Positions 62,335 to 64,000 of a stretch of DNA of 64,000 bases are shown here, piece by piece. Origin of the DNA: a virus. The notes below the pieces were generated by a model. That model ran no database searches, had not been told where the DNA came from, and saw nothing but the letters and a program-made list of their open reading frames with translations. Made by a program: the position numbers and the translations under genes. Within the stretch, counting starts at the first letter, position 1. Each line of letters begins with the position of its first letter. The stretch covers positions 42,270-106,269 of IMG/VR virus record IMGVR_UViG_3300043410_001708. One strand, 5' to 3'.

Positions 62335-62625
62335 TTATGGTTTTGGATATTTTTCTTTAACTGCTTTACAATCAGCAATATACTTATCTACTGCCGCTTG
62401 GTCACCTTTGACGATTGCGTCCACATAGTCGAAGATGGGAGGATATTCTGCAAATCGTTTCTGAGCATAAGTTAGACTATTGAATTGTGATTGAGCCATG
62501 GCAATTCTTAGTTGTTCAGCCTCTTCGTCTGTGATAGCAACATAATCTGCTGGAATAATATGGTCTTGGCTGCCGTCTGATTCGTAGGCATAAATTTCGT
62601 TGTTTGGACTTTTATAATGTTTCAT
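62335..62625 (-). CDS. Tail fibre assembly-like protein
   Basis: Y...R..EYP......DA and VK.KYPKP motifs; follows a fibre gene. Confidence 0.65.
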   Translation of the reverse strand: MKHYKSPNNEIYAYESDGSQDHIIPADYVAITDEEAEQLRIAMAQSQFNSLTYAQKRFAEYPPIFDYVDAIVKGDQAAVDKYIADCKAVKEKYPKP

Positions 62626-62634
62626 TTTTTTTCC

Positions 62635-63876
62635 TTAGGATCTCAATTCATACCAAGTTATTGTGGGACCACCAGATGCTGTAACTTTGTAAGTTGATCC
62701 TGGTTGAACAATAGCACTCACTGTTGCAGCAACCGCACCATATTGAAAACTTGACCAACCTGCGGTAGATACATTTATCCCATCAACCGATAATTGTATC
62801 GACTGATTGACCGTAAAATTTCCATAAACATTTACCATGCGGGGTTTAGTATCTGTATTTATATAAGTAGTGCCTGCTACTCTTGTCCCATCCGTTGTTG
62901 ACATTAATCTCCAAGTTTGACCCATACCAACAGCAGGTACTGTATATGATGTGTAATATCCTATATCGTTGATAAATGAACTAATATAAGTTGGAATCGT
63001 TGGTATTGTTGGCTTATTTAAAATTTGTGAAGCGCCACTAGTAGCATTCCAATCAGCATTTACTTGACCAGGTATAGAAGGTTTGTTAGACAAATCATTA
63101 TATGAACCAGATGTTGCAACAGCAGCTAAACCAGAAACTGCACCTGCAGCAATTCCAATTGCTACGTTGGATGCGCCCGTAACCCTACCTTTTGCGTCCA
63201 CAATAACTCTAGGAACATTACTTGCAGAACCATATGTTGTTGCTACCACACCAGAATCGGCCAATCTACCAACAGCTAACAAACCAGAACTAATATTACC
63301 TGCATTTGTGGTATCTGTTGTTGCCGATGCGGCTAGTCCTGATACTGCACCGGATGAAATTGCAATTGCAACATTCGAAGCACCAGTGACTCTACCTTTT
63401 GCATCAACAGTAACTTGACTCACACTTGAAGCAGTACCATATGTTGTAGCAGTTACACCAGAATCGGCCAATCTAGCTGCATTTAATGTACCTGAACTGA
63501 TATTAGTTGCACTTGTTGTGTCTGTAGTTGCTGATGCAGCAAAGGTTGGATAACCGGTAATCTGTGCAGTTGTGATTTGTATTGGTGTATTGGAAATAGA
63601 TTTAACTCTACCTTTTGCATCTGTGACAATTGCAATAGAAGTATTTGTATTACCGTTATAAGCACTAGCAGTCAAACTAGATTGTGCTGGCAACCTTGCA
63701 TCTGCCAAAGTACCACTAGTTAATTGACTTGTATCAATATTGATTACGTTATTTCCTGCACCAATAACTCTACCTTGTGCATCAATAATTACCGATGGAG
63801 AAATCGAGGCGCCACCATAAGAGCCTGCTGTTACAGCTGTATTTGCCAGTACTGACGGCGTTATCTTTGTTGTCAT
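62635..63876 (-). CDS. Tail fibre protein
   Basis: Four VDA(K/Q)GRV repeats, VATSGSYNDL.NKP, C-terminal GMGQTW...Y.N...KP...W.ELR tip. Confidence 0.8.
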   Translation of the reverse strand: MTTKITPSVLANTAVTAGSYGGASISPSVIIDAQGRVIGAGNNVINIDTSQLTSGTLADARLPAQSSLTASAYNGNTNTSIAIVTDAKGRVKSISNTPIQITTAQITGYPTFAASATTDTTSATNISSGTLNAARLADSGVTATTYGTASSVSQVTVDAKGRVTGASNVAIAISSGAVSGLAASATTDTTNAGNISSGLLAVGRLADSGVVATTYGSASNVPRVIVDAKGRVTGASNVAIGIAAGAVSGLAAVATSGSYNDLSNKPSIPGQVNADWNATSGASQILNKPTIPTIPTYISSFINDIGYYTSYTVPAVGMGQTWRLMSTTDGTRVAGTTYINTDTKPRMVNVYGNFTVNQSIQLSVDGINVSTAGWSSFQYGAVAATVSAIVQPGSTYKVTASGGPTITWYELRS

Positions 63877-64000
63877 TTAATTTGTCCCTTTAATGTTTCC
63901 ATTTCAGCTTTCAACTCTTTAATTTGTTGTTCGGATTCCAAAAGTCGTTGTGCAAGTTTTATACAAGATACCAACGCTGCATTTCCATATGCAACGGACA
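63873..64000 (-). CDS. 3' end of a fibre gene (intramolecular chaperone/S74-like coiled coil)
   Basis: SVAYGNAALVSCIKLAQR...LK* with ATGA overlap; truncated by the window. Confidence 0.6.
   Translation of the reverse strand, partial: SVAYGNAALVSCIKLAQRLLESEQQIKELKAEMETLKGQIK

Noticed and set aside
29470-63418. Numerous plus-strand ORFs antisense to structural genes
   Set aside because: Shadow frames of codon-biased minus-strand genes; no RBS or recognisable motifs.

Overview
The window is a 64 kb segment of a large T4-like (myovirus) phage genome, coded almost entirely on the minus strand. From right to left it holds a tail-fibre/adhesin block, the neck-tail-terminase-head module (gp13-gp23), gp3, uvsY/uvsW, gp55, gp46/47, the clamp and clamp-loader genes with regA, and stress genes (Hsp20, rubrerythrin/rubredoxin, GroES). 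These are followed by a ~8 kb array of about 30 tRNA genes covering all 20 amino acids, and the 5' part of DNA polymerase gp43. The most interesting signal is in and around the tRNA array. (1) A sigma70 promoter drives an unannotated 37-codon leader ORF containing all 20 amino acids and 33 different codons, embedded in a 1:2/2:3/3:4 attenuator directly upstream of the array: a candidate sensor for loss of any tRNA. (2) A Ro60/TROVE-like vWA protein is accompanied by five dispersed RNA elements that share a covarying terminal stem and a CAGCA motif and carry tRNA-mimic cargo, including a circularly permuted tRNA-Ile(UAU). (3) The array also has a shared palindromic operator at three promoters, rrn-type boxA elements, a 16-nt leader/trailer complement bracketing it, and several structured spacer RNAs. 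All calls were made by eye; no database searches or folding programs were run.
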